Positions 37,963 through 47,807 of a stretch of DNA of 64,000 nt are shown piece by piece. The stretch's first letter is position 1, and each line of letters starts with the position of its first letter. The DNA is from Candidatus Latescibacterota bacterium (lineage in GTDB: Bacteria > Latescibacterota > UBA2968 > UBA8231). The stretch is from assembly GCA_965261395.1 (NCBI GenBank), contig OZ253462.1:512001-576000 (forward strand), in the 5' to 3' direction. The position numbers and the translations under genes are program-made. The notes beneath the pieces are model-generated. The model had not been told where the DNA came from. It worked only from the letters and a program-made list of their open reading frames with translations, and did not search any database.

Positions 37963-40020
37963 ATGCTCCAAACTATCATTCATTCCACCAGAGTTCAGGT
38001 TTTATCCATTTTCTTGTTGGCTTTGGTATTGCGTCTATTCTATCTAGCTGCCATACGCGACGCCCCCTATTTCCACACTCTTGTCATAGACGCCTTTGAA
38101 TACGATCACTTGGCCACCCAAATCCTGCAGGGCAACTGGCTCCTTGACCTAGCAGAGGGCATGTACGTGCATGGCCCCCTCTACCCGTACCTACTCGCCC
38201 TGCTCAAAGGAATCGGCTTCGACCATTTGGGCATTCTCCTGTTCCAAGCCGTGCTGGGCGCGCTTATCTGCGTCCTGCTCTATCGCGTGGCCAGCCACCT
38301 TTTTCCCCATCCCATCCCCTTGGTCGCCGGTCTGCTGGCGGCCGGGTACTGGCCCTTCGTCTTTTACAACGGCCAACTCCTAGCCACTACCCTAGTCATT
38401 CTCGTCGAATTGGGCTTGGCCGTCCTGCTCCTGCACTATGTGCCCAATTTGACCTACCGTAGCGCGGTCGGGGCCGGAATTCTGCTGGGCCTGTTGATCA
38501 TGGGACGCAGCAACACCCTGCTGCTGCTGCCCTTGCTCTTGGGGTGGATTTACCAGAGCGCCCGTGGCCTTCCCAAACACCGGGGCACCTTGGTCCTAAC
38601 CTTTTCCCTGACCTTCTGCCTTGTTCTTTTCCCCTTTTTCCTGCGCAACTATCTGGTCCAAGGAACGCCCATACCCTTCCAAGGCGGCTTCAGCTTCTAT
38701 TTGGGCACCAACCCCGAAGCCGACGGCACCCCTTACGTGCGCCAAGGAGCCCATTTTCAACGTCTCGAACTCATGCCTCTCCAACAAGGATTTGACACGC
38801 CAGCGGCAAAAGGGGCCTTTTACACCGCCGAAGGCCTGCGGTTTATTTACCGCGATCCTCTGGCCTATCTCCATCTGATCTATCGCAAATTTCGGCTCTT
38901 CTGGAACGCTTTTGAAATCCCAGTAAGTGCAGACCTGCGCTACTACGAGACCCACTTTCCACACTACCGACTTTTTTTGCTCAACTTTGGCCTAGTGGTG
39001 CCCTTTGCCCTAGTCGGCATACTGTGGCATTGGCGCTGGACCTCCGCCTATATCCTGCCGCTCCTCTTCGTTCTAGCCTACCTATCCACCGGGCTCTTAT
39101 TCTCGGTATGTGCTCGCTACCGTTTGCCCGCCCTGCCCTTTTTACTGGTCTTTGCCGCTGCCGGAGTTTGGCGCTTGAAAGAGCTGCTGACCACCCGGGC
39201 CGCTCCACGCCTTGGCGTTTTTCTGCTGCTTCTGGTAGCTGCCTTCGCCCTAGTGCATACGGGGGTGGATTCCCGGCAAGTGGACCATTTGCGCTCCCCT
39301 TGGCTGTTGGGCCATACTCAATTGCGCAACCAGCACTACCACCAAGCCGTACAGACCTATACGCACGGCCTAGAGCAATTTCCCGACGACTCCGACCTCT
39401 ACAACAGCTTGGGCGTGGCCTACCAGTACCTGGGCAAATCCGACGAAGCCGAAGCGGCCTTCTTGCGAGCAGTAGAGCTAGTCCCAGATCACGCCAAACC
39501 CTGGCTCAATTTGGGCAAACTCTACCTGAGTCAACGACGTTTGGAGCAAGCGCAGCACGCCTTGGAGCAAAGCCTAAAACACGACCCCCGGCCAGCCAAT
39601 GCCCACCCGGCGTACCACAACCTGGGCTATGTCTTCTTGTTCCAAAAAGACTTTCAACAATCTCGCCAGGCCTTTGAACGGGCGCTGCACAGCAGAGAGA
39701 GTGCCCAGACCTATTACGGTCTCTCCCATGCCTTTGCCAATCTGAATCTGGCAGACGAACAAGTCCACGCCCTAGAACAAGCCGTCCAGATCAAACCCGA
39801 CTTTGTCCCTGCTCATCGGAACTTGGGCGCACTTTATATGCAACAGAGGTCCTACGAGGCAGCGGAAAGGTCCCTGCTCCAAGTCATCAAATACGATGCC
39901 CAATCGATCACGGCCCATCGCAATTTAGGTGTCCTCTACGAGAAAATGGGGCGAACGGAACAGGCCCGCCTAGCTCGTGCCCGGGCAGATCAACTACAGC
40001 GCTCGGGTGCGGCCTATTAA
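37963..40020 (+). CDS. GT-C (ArnT/PMT-like) glycosyltransferase with C-terminal TPRs
   Basis: IDAFEY, HGPLYPY, SFYLGTNP, RYRLPALP; paralog of 27518..29797. Confidence 0.82.
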   Translation: MLQTIIHSTRVQVLSIFLLALVLRLFYLAAIRDAPYFHTLVIDAFEYDHLATQILQGNWLLDLAEGMYVHGPLYPYLLALLKGIGFDHLGILLFQAVLGALICVLLYRVASHLFPHPIPLVAGLLAAGYWPFVFYNGQLLATTLVILVELGLAVLLLHYVPNLTYRSAVGAGILLGLLIMGRSNTLLLLPLLLGWIYQSARGLPKHRGTLVLTFSLTFCLVLFPFFLRNYLVQGTPIPFQGGFSFYLGTNPEADGTPYVRQGAHFQRLELMPLQQGFDTPAAKGAFYTAEGLRFIYRDPLAYLHLIYRKFRLFWNAFEIPVSADLRYYETHFPHYRLFLLNFGLVVPFALVGILWHWRWTSAYILPLLFVLAYLSTGLLFSVCARYRLPALPFLLVFAAAGVWRLKELLTTRAAPRLGVFLLLLVAAFALVHTGVDSRQVDHLRSPWLLGHTQLRNQHYHQAVQTYTHGLEQFPDDSDLYNSLGVAYQYLGKSDEAEAAFLRAVELVPDHAKPWLNLGKLYLSQRRLEQAQHALEQSLKHDPRPANAHPAYHNLGYVFLFQKDFQQSRQAFERALHSRESAQTYYGLSHAFANLNLADEQVHALEQAVQIKPDFVPAHRNLGALYMQQRSYEAAERSLLQVIKYDAQSITAHRNLGVLYEKMGRTEQARLARARADQLQRSGAAY

Positions 40021-40041
40021 CTTGGCTTGGCAACGCCTATT

Positions 40042-41343
40042 TCAGAAGCGGAGGGTAAAACGGGTCGGCTCGTCTGGAGGGCTTTCGAGGGAAAAGGCAA
40101 AACCATGCCGGCTCAAAATCTCCTGCACCAACGTCAGGCCGAGGCCGCGCCGGTTTTCCTTGGTGCTGAAAAACGGCGTAAACAGGCTCTCGGCCACTTC
40201 CGGGTCGATCCCCGTTCCCGTATCCTCGACCACGGCAAAAGGCCGGTCTTGGAGCTTTCCTAGGCGAATGGTTATCCTGCCGTTTTCGCCAATGGCCTCT
40301 ACGGCATTTTTCAGGATATTGACAAACACCTGCTCCATCTGGTTTTCGTCCATGGGAATGCGTTTCAGGTCCGTCTGAATATCCCAGTCCCACTCGATGT
40401 TGCGGCGCTCGCACTCGGCGCGCATTAGCAAGGCGATGTCGCGCAAAAGGTCCTCCAAATCTACAGGCTGCAAGTGCGGTGCCGGCAGTTTGACCACCTC
40501 GGCAAAGCTGCGCATGAAGGCGCTGAGATGGTCGATGCGATCGATGGCCACTTGCAGGGCGTTCTCAAAATCGCCGCGGTCGGCCTCCCGCAATTGTCCC
40601 TTGTAGTTGAGGCAGGAGTGCAGCAGGGAATTGACCGCCCCCGTTGAATTGTTCACCTCGTGCGCAAGCAGGCGGATGACCTTCTCGTAGGCCGCCTTTT
40701 CCGACAGGCGCAACTCCTCGGTCAATTCCTCCATGAGGATAAAGCTGCGCGGGAATCCCCGGTCCAAAAACTGCGCCTTGTGGCAGCGCACCCGCTGCCC
40801 TTGCAGCGGCAGCACCTGCGACTCGCCGACGGCCAAATCGTGTAGGGCGTGGGCGAATGCCGTTCCCAGCTCGTCCAATGGCCGGCTGAGCAACGCGCTT
40901 TCGGCCAGCCCCAACAAGCGGCTAGCACTGGGATTGACTAGAGCGATTTTGTCGTCAAAGTCGAGGGTGATAATGCCCGACGGTGAGGCCGTCAGGATCT
41001 TGTCCATGAAGTAGTGCTGTTCCTGCAGCCGCGTGCGCTCTTCGCGCAATTGGTCGATCATGCGGTTGTACACGCGCACAAGCTGATCCATTTCCGGCTG
41101 GCCCACTTCGACGAACTTGCTGGTGAAATCGCGCTCGCCGATCAGTTCGGCACCCGTGCGGATCAGATCGAGCGGCACCCAAAAATGCTGGATCAAGCGC
41201 AGGCCGATCGCAAAAGACAGGATGAAGAATGCTTCAACCCCCAATAGCCAGGGCTTTTCTTCTCTCAATAGGTATCCAGCAAGCCCCGCGAAGACGAGGT
41301 GGATACCGATCAGGTAGAGGATGAGTTTGGAGCGCAGGCTCAA
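40042..41343 (-). CDS. HAMP/PAS sensor histidine kinase (NtrY-like)
   Basis: LAHEVNN H-box, NILKNA N-box, DTGTG, FTPFFSTK, GLGL. Confidence 0.95.
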   Translation of the reverse strand: MSLRSKLILYLIGIHLVFAGLAGYLLREEKPWLLGVEAFFILSFAIGLRLIQHFWVPLDLIRTGAELIGERDFTSKFVEVGQPEMDQLVRVYNRMIDQLREERTRLQEQHYFMDKILTASPSGIITLDFDDKIALVNPSASRLLGLAESALLSRPLDELGTAFAHALHDLAVGESQVLPLQGQRVRCHKAQFLDRGFPRSFILMEELTEELRLSEKAAYEKVIRLLAHEVNNSTGAVNSLLHSCLNYKGQLREADRGDFENALQVAIDRIDHLSAFMRSFAEVVKLPAPHLQPVDLEDLLRDIALLMRAECERRNIEWDWDIQTDLKRIPMDENQMEQVFVNILKNAVEAIGENGRITIRLGKLQDRPFAVVEDTGTGIDPEVAESLFTPFFSTKENRRGLGLTLVQEILSRHGFAFSLESPPDEPTRFTLRF

Positions 41344-42710
41344 GGGTCGATTCCGTATTTCTCAAAACGGCGGTACAGCGCCGCCCGACTCAAGCCCAAC
41401 GCCTGGGCCACTCGGCTGATGTTGCCTTTATAGCGCTCCATGCACTGGACGATCATCGACCGTTCCAACTCGTCGAGGGTCATGGTGCCCGGCGCTGGCA
41501 GGTCGCTCGATCCGCTCTGGCCTTCCTCGGGCTGCATCGATAGGGCCGCGGAGAAATCGTCGGTCCCCAAGACGCGGCTGGGACTCATCAACGCGGTCCG
41601 TTCGACCAGTTGCTTCAACTGGCGGATGTTGCCCGGCCACGGCAGGGTTTGCAGCCAGCTCTGGGCCGCGGCGTCGATCTCCAAGTCGCGGCGGTAGGCT
41701 TGGGCTGCGCCCAGTGCAAAATGGCGTGCTAGCTGCGGGATGTCCTCCGGCCGTTGGCGCAGGGGCGGCAGGTGCAGGACGATGAGGTTGAGGCGATAGA
41801 GCAAATCCTCGCGGAAAGCCCCCGACTCGACCAACTCCAGCAGGTTCTGGTTAGTCGCCGAAATCACCCGCACATCCACTGAACGGGTCTTGCTCGACCC
41901 CAGCACTTCATAGGTCCGGTCCTGCAAAACGCGCAGCAGCTTGACTTGGCAGCTCGGGGCCAAGTCGCCGATTTCGTCGAGGAAGATGGTGCCGCCATCG
42001 GACAACGCAAAGCGACCGGTGCGATCCTGTCGGGCGTCGGTGAAGGCCCCCTTCACGTGCCCGAACATCTCGCTGTCGAATAGGGTCGAGGAAATGCCGC
42101 CGAGATTGACTTTGACAAAGAGCTGATCGCGCCGATTGCTGTTGCGGAAGAGGGCCTGGGCGACTTCGTCTTTGCCGGTGCCGCTCTCGCCGGTGATCAG
42201 CACCGAGGCGTCGGTGGGCGCGACGCGGCTGACGACTTCGAGCACCTTGAGCAGTTGGGGGTCGGCACCGATGATGTTGGCGAAATCGCCTTGGCGGTCC
42301 AGTTCCTCGCGCGTGATGGTGCGCTCGGTGGCTGGCGTTGCCGCGGCCAAGCCCAGCGCCGTTTTCACGGCCTGGAGGATCTGTTTGTTGGTCCAGGGTT
42401 TGGTGACAAAATCCGCGGCACCGGCCTTGATGCCCTGCACGGCCAGTTCAATGGACCCCCAAGCCGTCATCAAAATGACCGGCACACTAGCCCACCGCTG
42501 CTTGATCTCCCGCAACAATTCCATGCCCTCCTCGCCGCTGGTCTGGCGCGAGAAGTTCATATCCTGCAAGACCAGTTCGCACCCGCCGCGCTCCAGCCAT
42601 TCGAGGGCTTCCGCCGGAGACGCAGCGGTCGCGGTCTGGTAGCCGGCCTGCTTGAGCAGCAGGGACAGCGACGTGGTCACGGAAATATCGTCATCTACGA
42701 CTAGGATCAT
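41340..42710 (-). CDS. Sigma-54-dependent response regulator (NtrC family)
   Basis: REC domain, GESGTGK, GAFTDA, FLDEIG, Fis-type HTH. Confidence 0.96.
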   Translation of the reverse strand: MILVVDDDISVTTSLSLLLKQAGYQTATAASPAEALEWLERGGCELVLQDMNFSRQTSGEEGMELLREIKQRWASVPVILMTAWGSIELAVQGIKAGAADFVTKPWTNKQILQAVKTALGLAAATPATERTITREELDRQGDFANIIGADPQLLKVLEVVSRVAPTDASVLITGESGTGKDEVAQALFRNSNRRDQLFVKVNLGGISSTLFDSEMFGHVKGAFTDARQDRTGRFALSDGGTIFLDEIGDLAPSCQVKLLRVLQDRTYEVLGSSKTRSVDVRVISATNQNLLELVESGAFREDLLYRLNLIVLHLPPLRQRPEDIPQLARHFALGAAQAYRRDLEIDAAAQSWLQTLPWPGNIRQLKQLVERTALMSPSRVLGTDDFSAALSMQPEEGQSGSSDLPAPGTMTLDELERSMIVQCMERYKGNISRVAQALGLSRAALYRRFEKYGIDP

Positions 42711-42731
42711 CGCCCAGTCCTCATTCGCGGC

Positions 42732-43883
42732 CTATCGGCGGAATTCGGGTTGAGTTCCCAACTGTACTGTCTTCTCCATTTGGACACCATTGCGCACTAG
42801 CCCGAACGCAACCTCAGTGCCGGGTTTCATACGGCGCAGTAGGAAGTTTAGTTGGGATGGGGAAATTATGGGTTTATCTGCCAGAGTGAGCAAAATGTCG
42901 CCCTGTTCAAAGCCGGCCTCTTGCGCGGGACTACCGTCCTCGACTCGGTGGACCGCCTCGTCCTCGGTCAACTGTACGCCGAGCCAACCCATCTCATCCG
43001 GGGATAGATAACGCATCCCATTCCCACTCAAATCCAGCAGGCGGAAAGTACCGGCTTGCTCGTCGTGAGCCACCCTGAAGGTCATTGTAACCTGATTATC
43101 CCGGTAGAAATCGCTGGTAGCCTGTTTTGCCCACTCCTGCCCGTCGAAATACTGGACGAACAACTCTGGCCATTCGCCCGCACTCATATTTCTGAAGGCC
43201 AAGCGGTGAGTGGCCCTTTCCTTCGAAGGAGCGGACTCCTGGGGCGTCAGGTAGTTAGAATAATAGTCCCGCGAGTACACTTTAACCTCGAAGTCGTCGA
43301 ACAACTCTGTGAACCACTGTAACTCTTTGTGGGTTGAATCCGGGCCAAGTTCAAGTTCGGGGGGATAGCGCCCGTCCACCATATTTCTGCCTATGAGTTC
43401 GAGCTGATCGAGCAGGGCCTGTTCGGTCGCCTTATTCCTGTCGTGCTCGGCCGAGCGCTCGGCCACGACGATGGTCCCCTCGATGACATTATTGGTCTCG
43501 TCCGTCTCGGGCAGATTGTCTTCCTTGTCCAAAACCCACCGGTACGTGTACGTCCCCGGTTCAGTCGGCTTGAAGTGATAGTAGCCTTCGGCTATTGAGT
43601 AGGTACTAGTCCTGCCCGGCGGCAAACCTGCCGTACCGTGATCGAAGCTGACGCGCTCGCCGTCAACGTACAAATCGACTCGATAGGTGCGGGGAGGAAT
43701 GGCGTCGGGGCCTTGATTGGCCACGTGTGTGACGAATACGACTCCATCTCCGACCACCACTTCCTCGGGTATATGGACGAGTTCGACGGCTACCAAATCG
43801 TAATTGCCCTCAGGTGCTTCTTGGAGTGACGCGGCATACGCAAACGGCGCAAACAGAAAAACTGCTAACACGAGATAACGCAT
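42732..43883 (-). CDS. Secreted CARDB + PDZ domain protein
   Basis: Signal peptide; VANQG...ETDETNN (CARDB); WLGVQL...SPAQEAGFEQGD (PDZ). Confidence 0.8.
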   Translation of the reverse strand: MRYLVLAVFLFAPFAYAASLQEAPEGNYDLVAVELVHIPEEVVVGDGVVFVTHVANQGPDAIPPRTYRVDLYVDGERVSFDHGTAGLPPGRTSTYSIAEGYYHFKPTEPGTYTYRWVLDKEDNLPETDETNNVIEGTIVVAERSAEHDRNKATEQALLDQLELIGRNMVDGRYPPELELGPDSTHKELQWFTELFDDFEVKVYSRDYYSNYLTPQESAPSKERATHRLAFRNMSAGEWPELFVQYFDGQEWAKQATSDFYRDNQVTMTFRVAHDEQAGTFRLLDLSGNGMRYLSPDEMGWLGVQLTEDEAVHRVEDGSPAQEAGFEQGDILLTLADKPIISPSQLNFLLRRMKPGTEVAFGLVRNGVQMEKTVQLGTQPEFRR

Positions 43884-43897
43884 GGTTGATTCCTTCC

Positions 43898-43993
43898 TCA
43901 TTCGTGGTAAAGGGCCTCGGCCAACCCAAGCGTCTGATGAAATTCGTCCGAAACATCGTCAGCAGCAACATGTTGTCCGGCAACGGCAACGGG
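43898..43993 (-). pseudogene. Internally deleted remnant of an ABC permease paralog
   Basis: Reads ...DDVSDEFHQTLGL-AEALYHE*, matching both VSDEFHEVFDL and VEALHHE* of the permease at 49094. Confidence 0.6.
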
Positions 43994-44004
43994 TTACATC
44001 CTCC

Positions 44005-46455
44005 TTACTCTACAGTAACTGCTCCCCCAAAATCAAAACGCACCAAACTCAACCCCGCGCTCCAGCCGGGCCGGTCCAAGCGCCGGGTGAAATCGAGGCG
44101 CAGCAGATGGTACAGCATGAGCGAGACCCCTACCTCATGGTGGAAACCCTCCTCGTAGCGCGGGTCGTATCCTAGGGCGGCCCGCCGCTCTGAATCAATC
44201 CACGTCCGCCCTGAAGCCCCATGCACCACCAGCCCCGCGCCCCGCATGGCCCAACCCCACAGCCCCAATAGCTCAAAGGGCGTGGTCTTGAAGTTGTGCT
44301 CCCAATACAGAGCCGCGTAATGTTGCCCTTCATGGGGATGACCGCGAACCGTGCGGAAGGTTCCAAACGGCGAGAAAAAGCCCATGCTGGCCTCCAAGGA
44401 TCCAAAGCGCTGCACTGGCACATCGCCGATCGAGTACCCCGCCACCAGCCGCACATCGAGCGCGTTGGGCGTGAAGCGGCGCTTGAGGAAGGTCTTGAAA
44501 TGGCCGTCCAAGGCTAGGCGCAAGCGGGTGAAGGAAAAGTCGCTGCCCAACCCAGCACCGCTGTGCTCCACCCCCACTTCGACCCGCCGATTGGCCGTCA
44601 TTCCAAAAGGCTGGTACGGCCCGCCCCATTCGAGACCCGCCTCTACTGAGCGCAGCCGACCTTCCTCAATAGCCGGATTGGGCCGCGGCCTCCAGTTCCG
44701 ATTCAACAGGCTGAAAGCGGTCGTTTCCCGTAGAGAAGAATGCGCCTCGTAGTTAAAGCCCACTTGCAAGCCGACCTGGCTCGGTAGGGAAAGATGGACC
44801 CGCGCTCGCAGCCTTTCGTTCCAGTAATAATCGAAATAGTCATCTAGGCCCAGCAGGAACTGGCCGCTGTTGAGCAAAAGGGGATAGCTGTCTGAAGGAA
44901 TGCGCGGCACCGGCCCTCTCCCGTACTCCAGAACCACCCTACCCGCTGTCCGCTGCCAGCCGACCCGGCCCCGGTAAGACCAGCGTTCCAGACCAATGTT
45001 GTACCCGGTACTACCGCCGGCCTCCAGTCCGCCGAACAAACTCCGGTTCCCCTCCAGCCCCAGATGCGCCCCACCCACCCGGTCGTATCTCAAAGCAGGC
45101 TTCAGTCCGATCTGTCCTAACCAGCGCGACGACTCCGCCTGCTCCTCCGTCTCTTCCTTTACCTGCTCCGTCTCTCCCTTGACCTGCACTGCTTCCTCCT
45201 CCACCAAAAAACGGGCGAGAAAGCCCGTCGGCTGAAAGGCCTGTTCGAACTGCATGGTGCTGTCGATGGTGGCATAAGCCGCTTGTTCCCGCGCTGACAG
45301 GGGCACCTTGTCGGCCAGCCGGACAAAGGAACTGTCCTGGGCCACGGCCAGCGAATCGACCCGCAGCACTTCCTCGCTGGCGTAGAGCGAGTCGGGCATA
45401 TCGACATTGACTTGGTAATCGCTCAGCCGCGTCACCACATTGTATTTGATCGCGGGAAAGTGCAGCCCCACCATGCTGATTTTTATTTCCATAGAGGCTC
45501 GGTAATCGACCGGCAGCCACACCCCTCCGGCAAAGCCGCGGAACTGTTGTTGGTAGGCGAAATCCATGTGCTCAATCAGGGGCAGGGGAATGGCCGAGGC
45601 GGTGGTCGCCCGGCTGGGTGCCAGCTCTACTTCGAGCAAGGCGAAATCCTCGTCCAATACTGCGACACGGCCGGCAAAAGCGGCTTGCAATTTATTTTTT
45701 GGCTCAACCGAAATGTCGAATACCACCTTATCATCTAAATAGCGTTGGCCGATCAAGCGGAAGTGGTAGTGCTTGAGGGCATCGGGATGGGTCGGCCCGA
45801 TCAGCGTATGGCTGATAAAGGGGATATCGTCGTCGTAGAAATTCGTAAACCCCTCCAAGGCCGAGGTGTATGCTTCGTGAGAATCCAAATTTTGGGTCAC
45901 ACGCCTCGACTTGACCACTTCGCGCAGCCCCTGCTCCCGTTCCCAGTAAATCTCCGAGGCCAATTCGCCGATCCTGACGATGCCTTCCTCGTTTTCCAAA
46001 ACCCGCCGGGTATAAGCCTGTGCCTGATAGCTGGCTAAGCTGGGCCGCCACGCTTGTTTGCGGCGGATGACTTGGCGCATGATACCCTCGGCTGAGGTTT
46101 CGGCAGTCACCACGATGGGATCGAACAGAAAGGGCACTGGCGTCAAGGCGAAATCGACCCGTTCCGCAGGGGTCGTCAACGCGCGGTCTTGGGAGACGTA
46201 GCCGATATAACTCACTTTCAATGTCGCCGGTAGCTGCTGCACCTTGAGCGAGTACTCGCCCTCGTCATTAGCTATAGTCCCGCGATAGGTGCCGGCTAGC
46301 TGTACCGTAGCCGCTGGCAGGGGCTGCCCGGTGACCGCGTCGATGACGGTGCCGCGCACCAACCACGGCTGGGCATGGACTGCGGGAACGGTCCATAAGG
46401 CAGCCAAGATGGCCATCGTCAAAAGCAAATTCGCGTTAATCTTTTTGCAGTCCAT
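44005..46455 (-). CDS. Outer-membrane protein with carboxypeptidase-regulatory-like N-domain (DUF5686-like)
   Basis: VRGTVIDAVTGQPLPAATV...SYIGY; beta-barrel-like C-half. Confidence 0.8.
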   Translation of the reverse strand: MDCKKINANLLLTMAILAALWTVPAVHAQPWLVRGTVIDAVTGQPLPAATVQLAGTYRGTIANDEGEYSLKVQQLPATLKVSYIGYVSQDRALTTPAERVDFALTPVPFLFDPIVVTAETSAEGIMRQVIRRKQAWRPSLASYQAQAYTRRVLENEEGIVRIGELASEIYWEREQGLREVVKSRRVTQNLDSHEAYTSALEGFTNFYDDDIPFISHTLIGPTHPDALKHYHFRLIGQRYLDDKVVFDISVEPKNKLQAAFAGRVAVLDEDFALLEVELAPSRATTASAIPLPLIEHMDFAYQQQFRGFAGGVWLPVDYRASMEIKISMVGLHFPAIKYNVVTRLSDYQVNVDMPDSLYASEEVLRVDSLAVAQDSSFVRLADKVPLSAREQAAYATIDSTMQFEQAFQPTGFLARFLVEEEAVQVKGETEQVKEETEEQAESSRWLGQIGLKPALRYDRVGGAHLGLEGNRSLFGGLEAGGSTGYNIGLERWSYRGRVGWQRTAGRVVLEYGRGPVPRIPSDSYPLLLNSGQFLLGLDDYFDYYWNERLRARVHLSLPSQVGLQVGFNYEAHSSLRETTAFSLLNRNWRPRPNPAIEEGRLRSVEAGLEWGGPYQPFGMTANRRVEVGVEHSGAGLGSDFSFTRLRLALDGHFKTFLKRRFTPNALDVRLVAGYSIGDVPVQRFGSLEASMGFFSPFGTFRTVRGHPHEGQHYAALYWEHNFKTTPFELLGLWGWAMRGAGLVVHGASGRTWIDSERRAALGYDPRYEEGFHHEVGVSLMLYHLLRLDFTRRLDRPGWSAGLSLVRFDFGGAVTVE

Positions 46456-46464
46456 AATATCCTA

Positions 46465-46487
46465 ACTCATTCGTGGTGCAGCGCCTC
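46465..46487. repeat. 23-bp exact copy of the permease 3' end (49092-49114)
   Basis: ACTCATTCGTGGTGCAGCGCCTC at both sites. Confidence 0.9.
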
Positions 46488-46539
46488 TAAGCAGAACCAT
46501 CTTCAAAACTAGTAGTTCCGGTGAATGCTTGTAGAAAGC

Positions 46540-47763
46540 TCAAAGTTCGCTCAACAGCGAGCCGATAACCGTATCGATTTGGTCAACGGTATCAGAACTG
46601 AGACCCGTGATATCCAAGACTACCTTGCCTTCACCGCTGACAATTACATGACGCGGATAAGCCGTGCCGAAAGTGTGCTCGACCTCGTCATTCGCCACGG
46701 CGATGTCATAGATGAACGGATGCTTCTCCAGAAACGGCGGCAACTCCGCCATTTCGTTGTCGGCGATGGCGAGGAATTCGATGTCGCGGTCTGCGTACTT
46801 CTCAACCAATTCGTTGAGCTCGGGCATCTCCGCGATGCAGGGCGAACAGGCGGTGTGCCACCAGTTGATGACCACGGGCTTGCCGCGCAGCGCCGTCAGG
46901 TCGATAGCACTGCTGTCGAGCCGAGTAACGGTGACGTTGGGCATCTCAAAGCCCATGGCGAGGGCTATTGTTTGATCGCTGCGCTCGATTACTAGCCGAT
47001 CCCCCGTCGCCGATACATCAGCCAATTTGTAAACTCGATCGTTGATTAAGAAAGGGTTGATTACCTCGAAAACCTCATCCTCCAGCACCTCGGTTTGGCC
47101 GTATAGACTGGTCAGGAATACGCCGTCTCCATCGCGGTCAATCAGGAGATCATGTGAAGTCCTCCCCAATGAGTCAGCGAGTGGGGAGTAGGTGGCGAAA
47201 TTCGGAGACCTCACTGAGGCTATGGCATAGCGCTGGCCGCCAATGTCGGCCTCGCCCAACCGTAGTTCGAGATTGCGGTGCAGCACGAAATTCCGTTCGC
47301 GACTGATAAAAAGTTCGATCTTGAATTCAGATGCTTGGCCGGGCGGGGGCACGATCAGTTCGGCTCGCAGGGCATCATCAGCCGGAACGCCGTCAAAAGA
47401 ACCTGTTGTCAACTGGAGTCGCTGCGGTTGTGCGGTGGGATCGGCAGCGGCGAAGGCGATATCCTGTCCGTCGCTATCCAGTCCCACTATGACAATCGGC
47501 TCAGTCGGCGAATCGAGGAACGACAAGCGGGCGTGCAGGGGTGCATCAATATCTAGCCCGGCAACCGATTGGATCTCGGGCAATCCTTCCGTCATCCGCG
47601 AGATAGCCAAGCCACCCGGTATATACGTCTGGAAGAGATGCTTTACAGAATCCTTGTGCACGGATTCCATGGTCACCGTGATACTCTCCGCACCGGCCAT
47701 TCCACAACTGAACGCCGTGGCGACGGAGGCGATTATAGTGATGGCAGATTTGATTGCTTTCAT
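46540..47763 (-). CDS. Exported TlpA-like redoxin with long N-terminal domain (paralog 2)
   Basis: Signal peptide; RGKPVVINWWHTACSPCIAEMP. Confidence 0.88.
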   Translation of the reverse strand: MKAIKSAITIIASVATAFSCGMAGAESITVTMESVHKDSVKHLFQTYIPGGLAISRMTEGLPEIQSVAGLDIDAPLHARLSFLDSPTEPIVIVGLDSDGQDIAFAAADPTAQPQRLQLTTGSFDGVPADDALRAELIVPPPGQASEFKIELFISRERNFVLHRNLELRLGEADIGGQRYAIASVRSPNFATYSPLADSLGRTSHDLLIDRDGDGVFLTSLYGQTEVLEDEVFEVINPFLINDRVYKLADVSATGDRLVIERSDQTIALAMGFEMPNVTVTRLDSSAIDLTALRGKPVVINWWHTACSPCIAEMPELNELVEKYADRDIEFLAIADNEMAELPPFLEKHPFIYDIAVANDEVEHTFGTAYPRHVIVSGEGKVVLDITGLSSDTVDQIDTVIGSLLSEL

Positions 47764-47807
47764 GGCATTTTCCTCTTGGATATGTGGAGTGCGTAGCAAT
47801 GGCAAGC

